A stretch of 63,910 nt of DNA, the filler included, from Polymyxa betae A26-41 (taxonomy: Eukaryota > Protista > Endomyxa: Phytomyxea): NCBI GenBank assembly GCA_003693705.1. It is 9 parts of 9 records of this genome, joined end to end, with 100 filler letters (N's around TTAATTAATTAA, not from the genome) between each part and the next. Parts side by side here need not be neighbours in the genome. Positions count along the whole stretch, not along the records: positions 1 to 12,991 come from RBZT01000477.1; positions 13,092 to 22,457 come from RBZT01000585.1; positions 22,558 to 30,159 come from RBZT01000072.1; 6 more parts are not named here. One strand, given 5' to 3'. This document shows positions 11,526-23,380 of the stretch, one piece after another; within the stretch, counting starts at the first letter, position 1, and every line of letters starts with the position of its first letter. Below the pieces are notes generated by a model that saw only the letters and a program-made list of their open reading frames with translations, had not been told where the DNA came from and did no database searches. Position numbers and translations under genes: made by a program.

Positions 11526-12478
11526 ATGAACTCTAACTCTAACATCTCTGCTTCCTCAAATGTCAATGAAAGCGCTGAAGGAATTAAAAGCGTAAAAATA
11601 TCTATCTCTAATGTAATGAAGAAGACATCGTATCTGGATAAAGCAAAAATCAACTACCAGAAAGGGAAAAAACCTAACGTCAAGCGAATTATAGATGAAA
11701 TTATGAAACTCAACATCAGCAACAAAAGCAAAGTGGCATATATGAGCAAGTTCAAAGCAGAACTCAAGGCAATGCGAAAATAACCCGTTCTCGAAAGACT
11801 GAAACTACCCGCCGATGTTGCTCAAGAAGTATGGGACAGACAAAGAAAAAGCATTGAAGAGAAAGAGAATATCGAAATCAACAGAAAAGATATAGAGAAA
11901 ATTATGACCTTCAAATCTTCTAACGATTTCTTCGAGCTCGCCATTCTTCTTCTTCTCGTAAGCGGACGGAGGGAGAACGAGCTCCTTAATCTCCAACCGA
12001 AAGCGTCTGACAACCCTAACGCATTCCTGTTCAATCAACAACGGTAAAAAAGGTGAGCTCGCCATTCTTCTTCTTCTCGTAAGCGGACGGAGGGAGAATG
12101 AGCTCCTTAATCTCCAACCGAAAGCGTCTGACAACCCTAACGCATTCCTGTTCAATCAACAACGGTAAAAAAGGTGATTACAGAATATGAAGTGCCTATA
12201 TATGGCACTTCATTCGACGAGTTCATGATGCTCTTTGGCTGAATGAAGGATGTGAAACCGAAACTCCATCCTGACACTTTGTTAAGAAAGTTGAGGACGA
12301 GATAAGGTTTATCCTTGGTAATCAGAAGCTGGTCATTCATAATCTTCGCATGGTCTATGTTCATTTAATGTATGAAGAGAGCGATAGAATTACACCTATC
12401 GCTACCTTCATACAGCGCCTCCTTGGACATGAAGATCCGCAGACATCAATACATTATAACAGATTAAATATCGTATGA
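11526..12478 (+). pseudogene. Degenerate protelomerase/telomere-resolvase-like tyrosine recombinase
   Basis: Reading through stops and frameshifts gives ELAILLLLVSGRRENELL...AFLFNQQR-KK..ITEYEVPIYG...KLVIHNLRMVYVHLMYE...ATFIQRLLGHEDPQTSIHYNRLNIV*, i.e. an R-K-(H)xxR-H-Y catalytic set. It is intronless and AT-rich. Confidence 0.75.
11934..12175 (+). repeat. 121-bp tandem duplication inside the resolvase pseudogene
   Basis: 11934-12054 and 12055-12175 are identical except for one C/T difference (GAGAACGAG vs GAGAATGAG). Confidence 0.95.
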
Positions 12479-12582
12479 AAACAGAAAACATAAATATATC
12501 TATAAAATTCTATTCAAATTTTTACCTTGTCTGTCTATCCATCGTAGATCGCTCAGTTTGTTGTCTCTGCAATCACAATTTA

Positions 12583-12991
12583 TGTGATCCGCCTCCTTCA
12601 ATCGCAGTGGGTTCGGCAACCACTGCTTACAATATAAACGAGACTGTGAGGACTGGGATAGGGCGAGGAAGAATAAGTGAAGGCTACGAAGAAGCAGGCG
12701 AACAAGAGTTACAAGAATCGAATAGATTCGAGAATGATTGTATTTCGATAAACAGAGAAAGCAAAGGTTCGAAGTTGTGAGTCACGATACTTGAGTCAAC
12801 AGGAACTTGGAATTGATGGTAGATGACTCATGAGGTAGCTCGGAAGCTGAACGGAAGTAGTGAATCATGACATTACCCCCCTTCTAGACGAGCGGGTACC
12901 AGACGCTCGAGAGGGTTGTGAGGCAGTGAAGGCTGGACCGGGAAGATCGGGGTGGAGACGATGGAATTCGGCGACAAGGCCAGGAACGTCT
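12583..12991 (-). mobile_element. 3' end of a Ty3/gypsy (chromovirus-type) LTR retrotransposon: pol C-terminus, PPT, 3' LTR
   Basis: The minus strand reads DVPGLVAEFHRLHPDLPGP (post-chromodomain tail), then PPT AGAAGGGGGGTAA and TGTCATG at 12872. The probable LTR end is ...ATCACA at 12583. Confidence 0.65.
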
Positions 12992-13091
12992 NNNNNNNNN
13001 NNNNNNNNNNNNNNNNNNNNNNNNNNNNNNNNNNNTTAATTAATTAANNNNNNNNNNNNNNNNNNNNNNNNNNNNNNNNNNNNNNNNNNNN
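12992..13091. other. Artificial contig linker
   Basis: N44-TTAATTAATTAA-N44 (stops in all six frames). Confidence 0.97.
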
Positions 13092-14435
13092 TCAGAGCCA
13101 GCCTCAACGACGCCAGAGTCAGTCTTGGCGACGTCAGTGTCGATCCTCGAACAATGTCGAGCTCCCAGGTCTATGGTTGACACTTGGAATGTGAATTATA
13201 CAACGGACGGATGGAGCTAAGAACGAATTCAGAAGGGAACTGGCACAGTTTGCGACTTCGTGCGCCGTCAACTCGATCTGATCGCCAACCAAGTCGATCA
13301 ACTCGGCCTCATTCTGAACATTTTACAGACGAGGAAACGAAATCGTTTCGGATAGCTCGCTCAGTATAGCCTCAGACTGATCGCTACTACATTCCTGGTT
13401 AAAAATTAATTCATACGTTGAAGAGTTCGTTTTAAAGCGCATCTGACTTACATGTCAAAATTTGACGTGGCCGATTCGTGCAAAATCTCCTTCTGAATTG
13501 AAATATTGACAAATTCCTATGTAGCCATATTATAAACGAATGCAATGTTCGAATCTGAGCCAAACCTGATCTGCCTCAATGTCAGTCCGAAGGCGGTATT
13601 TCGTCAAGGCAGATTTTGACATCAACTCGAAAACAAATTCCGAGTAATGGATTTCATTCTGCACGTTCATGATTAACGGCAACAAGACGAGGATGCGGTT
13701 TCAGTTTCGAAAATGGATGACTGTTACATGCCACAAAAAAGCCAGAAGATTTCGCGAATTGCCGAGCCTTTTCCAGAAAGCTGGAGCCATTACTATGATG
13801 CTGATCCACCGCGAAAGGGGTCAAAACTTCATCAAACAAAATGTATTCTGCGGAACGACTGTCCGGAGTCGGCGTTTCAGGAGAATCTGGCGTCGTTAAA
13901 TGTAAGGTGGAAGGAGTCGACTTCGGGTTTAACGGAAAAGGTTTTAATGGCGAAGTAGGCGATGCTGATGCCGATGGTGATAAAGGGAAAACAGCAGGCT
14001 TAGTTGGCGAAAGCCAAGACTGGGGCGCAGGGGGGAATCCGGTGCAGGCCTGCAATTCGATTGTTTAAGTGAGGTCCCAAGAATCAACTTCGAAAACCAA
14101 GACATTACGAACTAAGACATTGTATCCCACTGTAGAACGAGTGTCCCCCTACACATTTTCATGGACAGCGCAGCCATCGTCCACGGGTGGACGCACTGTC
14201 GCAGATTTGTCCACGGGTGGACAGCGCAGCCTCTTTCCACGGGTGTTGAAAAGGCACCACCGCACTTTAAAGACCCTTTAAGAGCCTGGTTGAAGTGCGT
14301 GGCCTCTACTTTTTGGCCGTCTCCTTATTTAGTCCCTCTGACTGCGGAGCGCATTTTTGATCTCCTTATATTTTCAGGAGGTCGCCGACCTCCTAAAAGA
14401 GATAAAACGCTGTCAATCCGGAACGCAAAAAGGAT

Positions 14436-15732
14436 ATGGATCTCTTTGAAGAAGTAGACAATGAGCTATCAACGGATTCAGAAGATGACCTTGCCGTTGT
14501 CCAAGCTGTTGCTGTCTGCCTTCATACTACAATAAGCCTGCTCCTAGCAGATGGCAGAAGGTCGAAACGGGCGAAAATGGAGCAGTATACTTTTCCGAAT
14601 GAAACTTGGGAGCAAGCTTATGCTAGTGATTCGAACGGATGGTTCCATTCGAATTTGCGATTGAATCGTAACTCGTTTGAGTACATAGCACAACGGATAG
14701 AGCAAGCAGCATCTGACCTTGGCCTCAACTTGTTCCCTGCTGCGAACGCTCGCATAGACTACAAAATGAAGCTTGCCATGACCATGACCTATCTCGCTCA
14801 ATCATCCGGCTTTCAGGCGACGGCTAGTCTGTTTGGAGTGGCCAAAGCCTCGGCTATTGTCTTGATCAACAGTATGGTGGATATCCTCCATCAAATTTCC
14901 TCATTGGTTATTAAAGTCGGGATCCTTCACGAATACTCGGAAATTAATGGACAAATAAATGATCAGATGCCTGAAACTTTTAATGAATGGACTGCCGTAG
15001 CTGATTTATTCGAGAAACTTCGTGGTTATCCCGACGTTGCAGGCGCCGTTGATGGGACTTTAATAGAGGTCGAGCGTCCCAAAGAGCATGAAGGTACGTT
15101 TGTATCAGTGAAGCATTCAAGGTGTTAATGCTATGCTGAATGAATACAGATGGTATTGTAGAAAAAACTTTCCTGCAATTAATATGCAGGCAATCGTTGA
15201 TAGCCAAGCCAGATTTATGGATTACTCAATGCGTCCTGGCTCCTGTGGTGACAAGAATCTTTGGACCATGTCAATACTCGGTCAAAACTTTGTACAAATA
15301 ATACCACGAGGGATGCACCTAGTTGGGGACGCAGGCTATACTCTAACAAATGTAATGATGATTCCTTATAACATTACAGAAGACATGGCAAGGGAGGAAT
15401 CCACATTTAACTACCTTCATTCTTGTACAAGGATCTGTGTGGAACGAGCATTCGGCTTGTTGAAAGGCAGATGGAGAATATTGAAGCACGCCCTAAATAT
15501 GAAATCCTCTGAGAGCATTGGACGTACTATCGTCTCCTGCATGGTCTTACACAATTTGACGATTGAAGCCAAGGATTCTTTCACAATTCCAAGCGAAGAT
15601 CGTGTAGACCCATTCCGAGGGCAGCATTCAAGGTGGATAGAATCCCGGCCGGGGGATAGGGAACATGCCCTATTGAAAAGAGAGCAAATTAAGCAGTACT
15701 TGTTGGACATTCAGACCACTGAATGTAGCTAG
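14436..15732 (+). CDS. Harbinger (HARBI1-like, DDE_Tnp_4) transposase
   Basis: VAGAVDGTLIEVERP, WYCRKNFPAINMQAIVD, LVGDAGY and RICVERAFGLLKGRWRIL. Introns lie at about 14916-14966 and 15098-15149; the second junction is uncertain. Confidence 0.9.
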
Positions 15733-15765
15733 TCATGTTGCTATCAAATCTTTTAAACGAAAATC

Positions 15766-16793
15766 TTAGGCATTTGGTTTACCAAGGTTTTCTGCAATCT
15801 TGTTAAGCGTAGCCAACATCGATTGCAGAACAGCAGTTTGCTGTATGGTTGTGGCCTGCTGTTCGACCTGCATGGATTCTAACTTGGCGATGATCTTTCC
15901 TTCGGACGACGCCACAGTGGATTTGGCCGAACGCGCTGATGCAAGTTCAGATATGGAAGCAGCAACGCTGGCAAACGCAGATTCGACGAATTCACCCATA
16001 TTTTTAGGGCCAGTTTTACGCTCTGTGTCCTTAGCACAAGGCTTGGTCTGCGGTTGGGGTTCCTGAGAACGCTCTTCAGAGTAGACTGCCGATTTTATAT
16101 TCAGATTTGGCGTCTGTGAGCCTGACAGTGGCTGTGATTCAGCAATCGCCTTTGGCTGCATTCCTGAGACGTCCTGGAACAGCTGTCAGCAAATCGTTTA
16201 TAGCCCATACAATTTACCAAACCTTCAAATGGGAACATAGAGTATCCCAGTATGGTGGATAGCTAACATTGGCTGAATTGCCTGTCGCTTTGAATGCTCC
16301 CAGAACTTGTTTGTATTCTGTCTTCAATGCATCAATCCGGTTTTTATCTGCCTTGGATCGAAAGATGAATTGCCTCTGATATTAAACCGCTGAGTGAGCC
16401 ACGCCCAGAACTGGGATTTCTGCACATTCGTCTTTGCATCAGAAAATTTACTTCTTGCAATCTCAGACCAGCGAGTTTCGATAAGAAGCTCGACGAGATC
16501 GCTCGACCACGATGCCCGGTTACCAGAGCCGGAAGAAGGGGTTCCATTTGGCGTTTTTCTTTTAGGTTTTTTGGCTGGTGTGGTCTTCAGGGCAGCCGGT
16601 TTGCGCTTCGAAGTTACACGACTTTCAACGCCTGGGGTCTCAGGATTGACCACAGTAGCCTTATAAACAACACGCTCAGAAGGTACCAACAAAGGCAAAC
16701 CAAGCGAAGTTTTGTCTGTCAAAGGCGGACAAGGGCTTGAATGTTGTCGGAATCATCAGAGGACAATGAAAGATCAAGGTCTTCGTAATTCAT
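15766..16793 (-). CDS. Harbinger Myb/SANT (MADF-like) DNA-binding partner, with frameshifts
   Basis: RASWSSDLVELLIETRWS...QKSQFWAWLTQRFNIRG..FDPRQIK continues as NRIDALKTEYKQV..ATGN if one A is added to an A5 run at about 16341-16345. The C-terminus is coiled-coil-like. Confidence 0.75.
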
Positions 16794-17673
16794 GATAATA
16801 CAATTGTTCCCGGAATAAGGAGTTTATTTCAACCAAGTATCTACTTAATGCTCACCCAAAAAGGAGATGCGCAAAAAGTAGATCTCCCGCACTTCAACCA
16901 GGCTCTAAAGCATGCGCGCAGGTTTGATACCACCTACCGATAGTAAAGTGTTTTCCTACAATAACGTTCAAGAAAGCAGTGTAATTGGAAGAAGAAACAC
17001 ATTTTTCAAAAAGGTCTGTTGGATTGTGGCCAATCCAAATTGAAAGATTGTGACTGTTTTGACTTGAACTACACCCTAGACTGTACACTTTTTATTGATA
17101 CAGATATATGGTCGGTGGACAGAGCTAGTGTTGCAGATACTGATGCGACAACGGTCGCTTGCTGACTCCACCATGGATGAGCAGGCATGAATCACGACGA
17201 CCTATGTGATGAAGTTTTTGTGAATCAATACAACTCACTCCTTTATCTGAAAATTAACGTCTACGATTTAGTTACGAAACGCACGATCGCGTATAGCATA
17301 TAATGTCTAGGAATAAGAGCAAGAGCGTGAGCAGGAGATCGACTCGCGCTAACAATGAGTTGGGATCTAACGTGGAGAACCCTAACCCTAATGCTCCTCG
17401 AGACGGTCAGGTTTTGGAGTCTTCACAGCTAGTATCAGTTTTAGGTGAGAAACGATTTTGAAACATTGGCAGTGGCAAGCAGTTTGTTATTCAGTTCAAT
17501 TGCCTGCTAGAAACGACCAGCACACTCGACCTTGCTGTCGATTCCAACCCTAATCCGGGAATGCAATCGATCTCAATACATCCATCGTATCATATTCCAC
17601 CAGAAAAAAGAATCGTTTTTATTTAGAATGAGAAATGAAAACGACAAGAAGATCGTGTCTGAATGCGATTGAA

Positions 17674-18627
17674 TTAGAGCGTTGATGTTTGTCCAGCTGG
17701 ACCATCTGTATCACCACCCATCGCGGTATTCTTATTACCCATGAATGACGTTGATACATTTCGCTTCGTTTTCGTAAATGTTTGATCCCGTGGATTCTTT
17801 TGTCCTTGATCACCACTTCTGCTCGATAAATACCCGAATAGTTCAATATAATATAAGCTGGCAATAATCATATCCGTATTATCCTGGAACATGATCAATG
17901 CATGATTCTTGGTTCGAACTGTGAGAATGAGAACATTGAGGATAATCTCAGCAGCAATAATCGTGATCAATCTCCATCCGGATGTCTTCATCATACGTTT
18001 TAGTATAGAAATTGTCCTCATAGTACCGAGTTCATTGACTTTTCTATTAACAGAACTGTATATAGCGGAGAAAACAGCTAGATGATATATCAATGATGAT
18101 ATACGACCAACATAATTGATCTTTGGCCATACAATCCATATCCCAGCTATTAAGATATTCTCATTGGGATATCGGCATGATACATTACTATAGATAACAA
18201 TATCCTTGATGGTTTCAGCAACAATGAGAATGATCAGAATATTACGTAGTAGAATGTTCTTGCCGGATATATAATATGCACGAATCATTAAGACAATATC
18301 GAAGAATCGCCATCCCATTAGATAGAATACAGCAGGTACATAACAGTAATTCAGCCATGAGATTGGTGTTAGACGTGAAGCTAATAATAATGACCAGAAT
18401 GCACAAAAGCAGATATTCGCAAGCAGATAGAAGAAATGGAGCGATTTTTGATAGTTGAATTTGCCAGTAGCAATAGGTAGTAAGATATAGATCAGATAGA
18501 TATTCGCACCACATAATGTTGGAAGGGCATCCGTTATCACTCCTAATTTACATTAAGTAAAAAATGGGTAGAAATACCATGTCGTACCTTCGAGCATTTC
18601 AGTACTACATGATGTGTCGGAGGACAT
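17674..18627 (-). CDS. Multi-pass (about 7 TM) membrane protein, GPCR-like topology
   Basis: Exon 1 MSSDTSCSTEMLE (18627-18588) splices via a 45-nt GT-AG intron (18543-18587) into the 288-aa hydrophobic ORF, which has 6-7 hydrophobic segments and a polar C-tail. Confidence 0.65.
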
Positions 18628-19593
18628 TCAATCAGTAAGTTGGCAGTAGATCTGATCAGCTGTTTTTCAAACGGTTTCTTGCTCAATGAGAAGGTGGTTA
18701 CAAGAATGGGGATGAGCAAGAGAAACTGATACAATAGGTCGATCTCGTACCAATCGATACAAGATCGATTCATTGTACTAAAGGTGAGGGCGGCTCAAAA
18801 GGGTACCCAGATCTATCTAGGGGGATCATTAAAGAGGGAATTTAATCGTCTTCAAACCAGGACTCATTACCTATCATGAGATGAGGGTCTCTATACAGTA
18901 CTTTAAAGCTCCTCACTTATAGCCTCAGAAAGTCATTGATATCATCATGATACCAACAAGGTGTCATTATACAGCTAAACGTCGTCGCCGAATCCTCATA
19001 TCATATTGGTATCAGAGCGTCTATGTAAGTCTTGACAGGAAAAGAGAGGATTGTTCGTTATTAGCCCTACCGCTTGTCTCCCTCTCTTAGCACATCTGCT
19101 GTATATTTGAAGGAGACGGAACTGTAAATAAAACGATAGTGATAATGCGACCCTGTTATATTAATGACAGCCAGCGGAAATATTGTAAACAATCTGTCGT
19201 CATTACGTCACCAACCTCGAATCATTTTTGCTCTTTTACAGTCCAAACGCTTTCGTTTCCCAGACTCTGCTACTTTCATCCTCTCATATTGTGCAATGAC
19301 ATTATAGCAATCTATCAAACGCGATCTATGCTGAGGAGATGCTGAAAAGCCCGAAATCGTAGTACTGTAATCAATAACACATTGGTAATGTAGCAACATA
19401 AGACGGCGTTGCTATCCTGACTCGAACTTCACTTCATTAGCAGCAGGGCCGAATTCGGCTGAATCGCTGGCAACTGAGCTAGCATTTGTATCTGCATTGA
19501 TCAACACTCGGTGGGCGCTGTTAACGACAATGCCGCAAACGTCACGGATTACAGGTCAAACGGGTCAAAGCGGCTCTCAAATTCCGCATCCAA

Positions 19594-20376
19594 ATGTCTT
19601 TCAGAGCCCTTCGACGCTTGGCCGTGCTGGCCCCGGACGCCGCGATCTGGAACATGCTGGATCTGTCGGACTCCGCCTCGGAATGGGATCGGGAGCCCGC
19701 CACGTGCTTGCCAGTAACCGATCCCGAGGGCTTCCTCCAGCGGCTGTGCTCGGACGCCGCTGCGCGTCCGAAACGACCGCGGTCGACGTCCACGGCCGCC
19801 CCGCGGCCTCGCCGCACTGTATCGGCGGTACGATCGCGAACCCAGGCAGCACGACCGACGCCGGCGCAACTCTGGTTGAATGCCGCGCGGCAGCCGGCTC
19901 GTCGAGTGACGCGGCAATCGGCGAAGGCCGCCACCCTGCTGGGGCCAGTACGCCGGCCGGGTTCGGATGTGGCCCTGGAGCGTCCCGTGCTCGTGCGACG
20001 GATCTCGTCGTTGAAGGAGTCCAGGCCGAATAGGCCAGTACGCCCACCGGGCTCCATCGTTGCCTCGAATCGTTCCGCGAGACGGTCGAAATCGTCGGCG
20101 GCCTCCAAGCCGGGTCCAGTACGACCCGATGATGTTGACGACGATTACATCGTCGTCCATCTGATGGGATGCAATCAGGACGATAAGATCGCATCGGTGC
20201 GCGTGTCCCGATCGCAATCGGTCGCCGACCTGCAAGGGATGGTACGACGTCATCGTGGTGAACATCTGTTGCAGTATGACGGAAGGTTATTAAAGGGTAC
20301 AGAGACACTGGCGGATGTGGGCCTCAAAGATGGATGTCAAGTTGCGTGTTATCCAGCCGAAGTGATTCGGGAATAA
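19594..20376 (+). CDS. Protein with basic disordered N-terminus and C-terminal ubiquitin/SUMO-like domain
   Basis: The C-terminus IVVHLMG...SVRVSRSQSVADLQGMV...LLQYDGRLLKGTETLADVGLKDGCQV fits a beta-grasp Ubl fold and has no di-Gly end. GC-rich coding composition. Confidence 0.65.
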   Translation: MSFRALRRLAVLAPDAAIWNMLDLSDSASEWDREPATCLPVTDPEGFLQRLCSDAAARPKRPRSTSTAAPRPRRTVSAVRSRTQAARPTPAQLWLNAARQPARRVTRQSAKAATLLGPVRRPGSDVALERPVLVRRISSLKESRPNRPVRPPGSIVASNRSARRSKSSAASKPGPVRPDDVDDDYIVVHLMGCNQDDKIASVRVSRSQSVADLQGMVRRHRGEHLLQYDGRLLKGTETLADVGLKDGCQVACYPAEVIRE

Positions 20377-22303
20377 GTCATGCAAAAACCCTAACCCTAA
20401 GGTGAAGGTCGCCACGCTAGCAATTGTCCTGCTGTGTGATTGTTGGCCAATAACAAACCCTAATTAATACACGGCTGATTATGCGGCTGAATCTTCAGTA
20501 TGGCATAACAAAGAAATTAGCCAAGACAAGCGCCTTCGACTACGACTGGCTACTTTTGATATTTGGGTTTAGGGATTTAGGGTTTTGCGATAATCTGAAC
20601 TGTTTAATGCAAGTAGATTCCAATCAAGGCCCATTTCCGAGAGCTTAATCTTCTTGATATTACGCTCCCAAAATGTCCTTTTAAAAATATTCTGTCCATT
20701 GTATGTATTGGTCTGTTAATATGCATGAATGTTAAACCCTACCTAGTCAAAATGGCTTCGCACGTCTTTTCACTCCCATCCATACACCAGACAGTTGGCC
20801 AATACTGCCTGATAGCGGGTGCTCCAGATTCAAAATGCATCCTCGATACTTCTGATACCTACTATAGTCATTGAGGAAGAGATTTTTATCTACAGAATTC
20901 AACATACCATCAAAGCCGTTGTGTCTTTCCATCGCCTTCACCAACCTCTTTATCCCTTTCTATAGTCTCGCCCGTTCCTTGCCATAAACGGTAAACCCCA
21001 AACAGCCCAGATATCGTTCTGCATGATGTATGGCTGTGCACAAATGCTTCCATGCAAAGGTGCTCAAGCAAAAAAAGCTCTGGTTTTATAACTCGTAGAC
21101 CCTCTTGTACTATTTTAGAGAGAAGTTATTGTCAAAGGATCATTAATTCCGTCTATCACTACATGGAGTCACGAACTGTGCGCTGGTCAGCGGAGATACA
21201 GTCCCATTGCAGGAGGGCGTACAAGCCCGCGTCATGATGACCAACGATTCGGCCGACGACTCGGCTGAGGAGGCAATCGAATCGGGTTCCGAGGAGGAGG
21301 CGTCCAACAGCAGCGGCAATGTACGACCATTAGCGTGTCCGCGTCGAGCATGATTGAAGGATATTTGGGGAATACCGATGAGAGTCCTGGGGTGCATTTG
21401 GTGGGCTTTGGTATCTTCGTGGTTTTCGTAGTCCGGAGCTGCGGATTGCTCGCAGAGGGGGGCCAATCGCAAGTGCATGCGTGTTCTGTTCGATCTTCTT
21501 GAAATAATGAAGTTTATGGATTCTCATCTTAATGTAATGATGTGTCGATCACAGCCCTAATCAAAATTTCCTTTTCAGCATAATGACAAAAAGTTGACAT
21601 GATGCGATCTGGTTGTGCCGCTGTCAGTGATAAATACGATTCGCGGTTTGAGTGTTGCTCGAAAGGCGGCCACATCTGAGTTTTTTCCGGCATTGATCTT
21701 TGAAAGATTTCGGCTCTGATGACGCCGATACAAGAGCTTTGCTTACAAGGGCTTCGCACCAATAGTGAGTTTTAAGCGCCTTGACGTTGTCTGATATTGC
21801 TGGGTCGCCACATATTAATAGACATGGCTTCCTTAATTCTCAAGTTGCTTTAATAGAGCAGGTTGGGGTGTCTTTTATGGATATCCTGCTATGGCGCTCT
21901 TGCTGGCTTCTGAAATTAACTGTAAAGAGCACAGTTCCGAAATCCCATTGATTCGCATTCATAATGTGTTTTTTTGGTCGACGACCAACAAGATCAGAAG
22001 CAAGACAATGGTCAGGGTATCATGGCAAGCGACCATGGTATGTGTGGTGCATAAAGCCGAATACGCCGTCCTTTGTCGAGTTTGTGTTTTCTATTGAATG
22101 CAGGGCTGATCTGGTCTCCGGAGCTCGCACTGAGATTCTGAAGAGATGATATCAATTTTGCTCAGCAGCAAAGAGACAAAATTATATGAGCAATTTTTTC
22201 CAGCTGATTGTCAATTTAACGCAATTTTTATTGCTCGGATGCAGTCTACAAACGACGACAGATAGATCATACTCACATACTGGGAGTGGTGTCGAAAAAT
22301 AAT

Positions 22304-22377
22304 TGGAGCGTGCGGTATTCGAAACCGCGACCTCATGCTTGCAAAGCATGCGTGATAACCAACTACACTAACGCCCC
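22304..22377 (-). tRNA. tRNA-Ala (TGC)
   Basis: GGGGCGTTAGTGTAGTTGGTTATCACGCATGCTTTGCAAGCATGAGGTCGCGGTTTCGAATACCGCACGCTCCA folds as a full cloverleaf with the G3:U70 Ala identity pair. A T5 terminator follows. Confidence 0.93.
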
Positions 22378-22457
22378 ATTTGATGTATTTGTTGACAAAC
22401 CTGCTCTTCCAGAATAAGTGCGTGACCCTGTGCACCAAGTACTACTGTACTCTACAC

Positions 22458-22557
22458 NNNNNNNNNNNNNNNNNNNNNNNNNNNNNNNNNNNNNNNNNNN
22501 NTTAATTAATTAANNNNNNNNNNNNNNNNNNNNNNNNNNNNNNNNNNNNNNNNNNNN
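22458..22557. other. Artificial contig linker
   Basis: N44-TTAATTAATTAA-N44. Confidence 0.97.
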
Positions 22558-23380
22558 CTGCTGTCTGATTATTCCATCTTCTGTATCTAGACCTAACGCT
22601 GACTTTCTTTAGACTATAGATGTTGATGTCAGGGAATTGTTTGCCTACGTTCAATATCGATTTCCTCATCTATTCTACTTGTTGGCGATAGAAGAATTTC
22701 ATTTATTTCTGGACAATGACTATTGTTAGTTAGTTGCAAAAGACCGAGTTGATACTTGTGGTGAAAAAGCAAAGGTTGATGTAATTGTTTTTATTGAATG
22801 CAATTACTATCATAACACAAGGTCTGGGGAAACGATATTCAAACGTAGCGAATAAATCTCATCACATTGAAGACAAGAAAAATACCAAACAATTTGACAT
22901 GCATCTTACCTTCATCATCTGAACCGCTTTCTGGCTCACTGAAGAACCAAGATGTCTGCTCGTTGGCAGCCGGCTGGAAACGAGATTGGACGGACGGTAA
23001 CTGGAGCTCCTCAGACAAGGTGTCGCTTTGGGCAGCATCGCCCAACGATGAATCATATTCAGACTCAACATCTTCCTCGTTTTGAGCTTGTTGCTCTTCA
23101 AGCAATAAAACACGATCAACTTCTATGTCGAGTTAACCCAAGGGACCAAATTTTGAAAATTTGAATTATTGCAAAAGCAGATAAAACTTACCTTCAGGAT
23201 CAGGGCCTGCCAAAAATGAAGGAGATTGAGAGCGTGAAGGATCCTCTTGTATCACAAAGGTTTGAGCTGTACTAAACCCTAACATTTTCAGCCTCAGTCG
23301 CATGAAAAATTCTATACCATATTCCAGTACCTTGTTCACAAATCTCGGCAATATCGGTACGATATTGGTTGTCACTATGG

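Larger units (their letters stand above)
14282..16905 (+). mobile_element. Complete PIF/Harbinger DNA transposon (2.6 kb)
   Basis: Perfect 18-bp TIR GAGCCTGGTTGAAGTGCG (14282-14299 / 16888-16905) and TAA TSD (14279-14281, 16906-16908). It contains convergent DDE transposase and Myb/SANT-like genes. Confidence 0.93.

Noticed and set aside
11805-12364. Minus-strand ORFs 11805-12155, 11822-12034 and 12152-12364
   Set aside because: They are antisense shadows of the resolvase pseudogene and its duplication.
12992-13091. TTAATTAATTAA palindromes within N-runs (8 occurrences) as recombination or hairpin sites
   Set aside because: They form an identical 100-nt construct at every gap, so they are artificial linkers. 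ORFs running into them (ending XXX..LIN) are artefacts.
14162-14245. Three spaced TCCACGGGTG palindromic units resembling a mini-CRISPR
   Set aside because: The units are only 10-14 bp, the spacers are partly repeated, the context is eukaryotic and there are no cas genes. More likely a TE subterminal repeat.
17129-17354. Possible solo LTR (TGTTG...TAACA)
   Set aside because: No target-site duplication and no second copy in the window.
19497-20308. Several long overlapping ORFs on both strands
   Set aside because: This is a GC-rich stop-poor region. Only 19594-20376 (+) has a recognisable domain.
20747-21140. Coding-like fragment on the minus strand
   Set aside because: It is interrupted by stops and has no recognisable family, so it cannot be supported.
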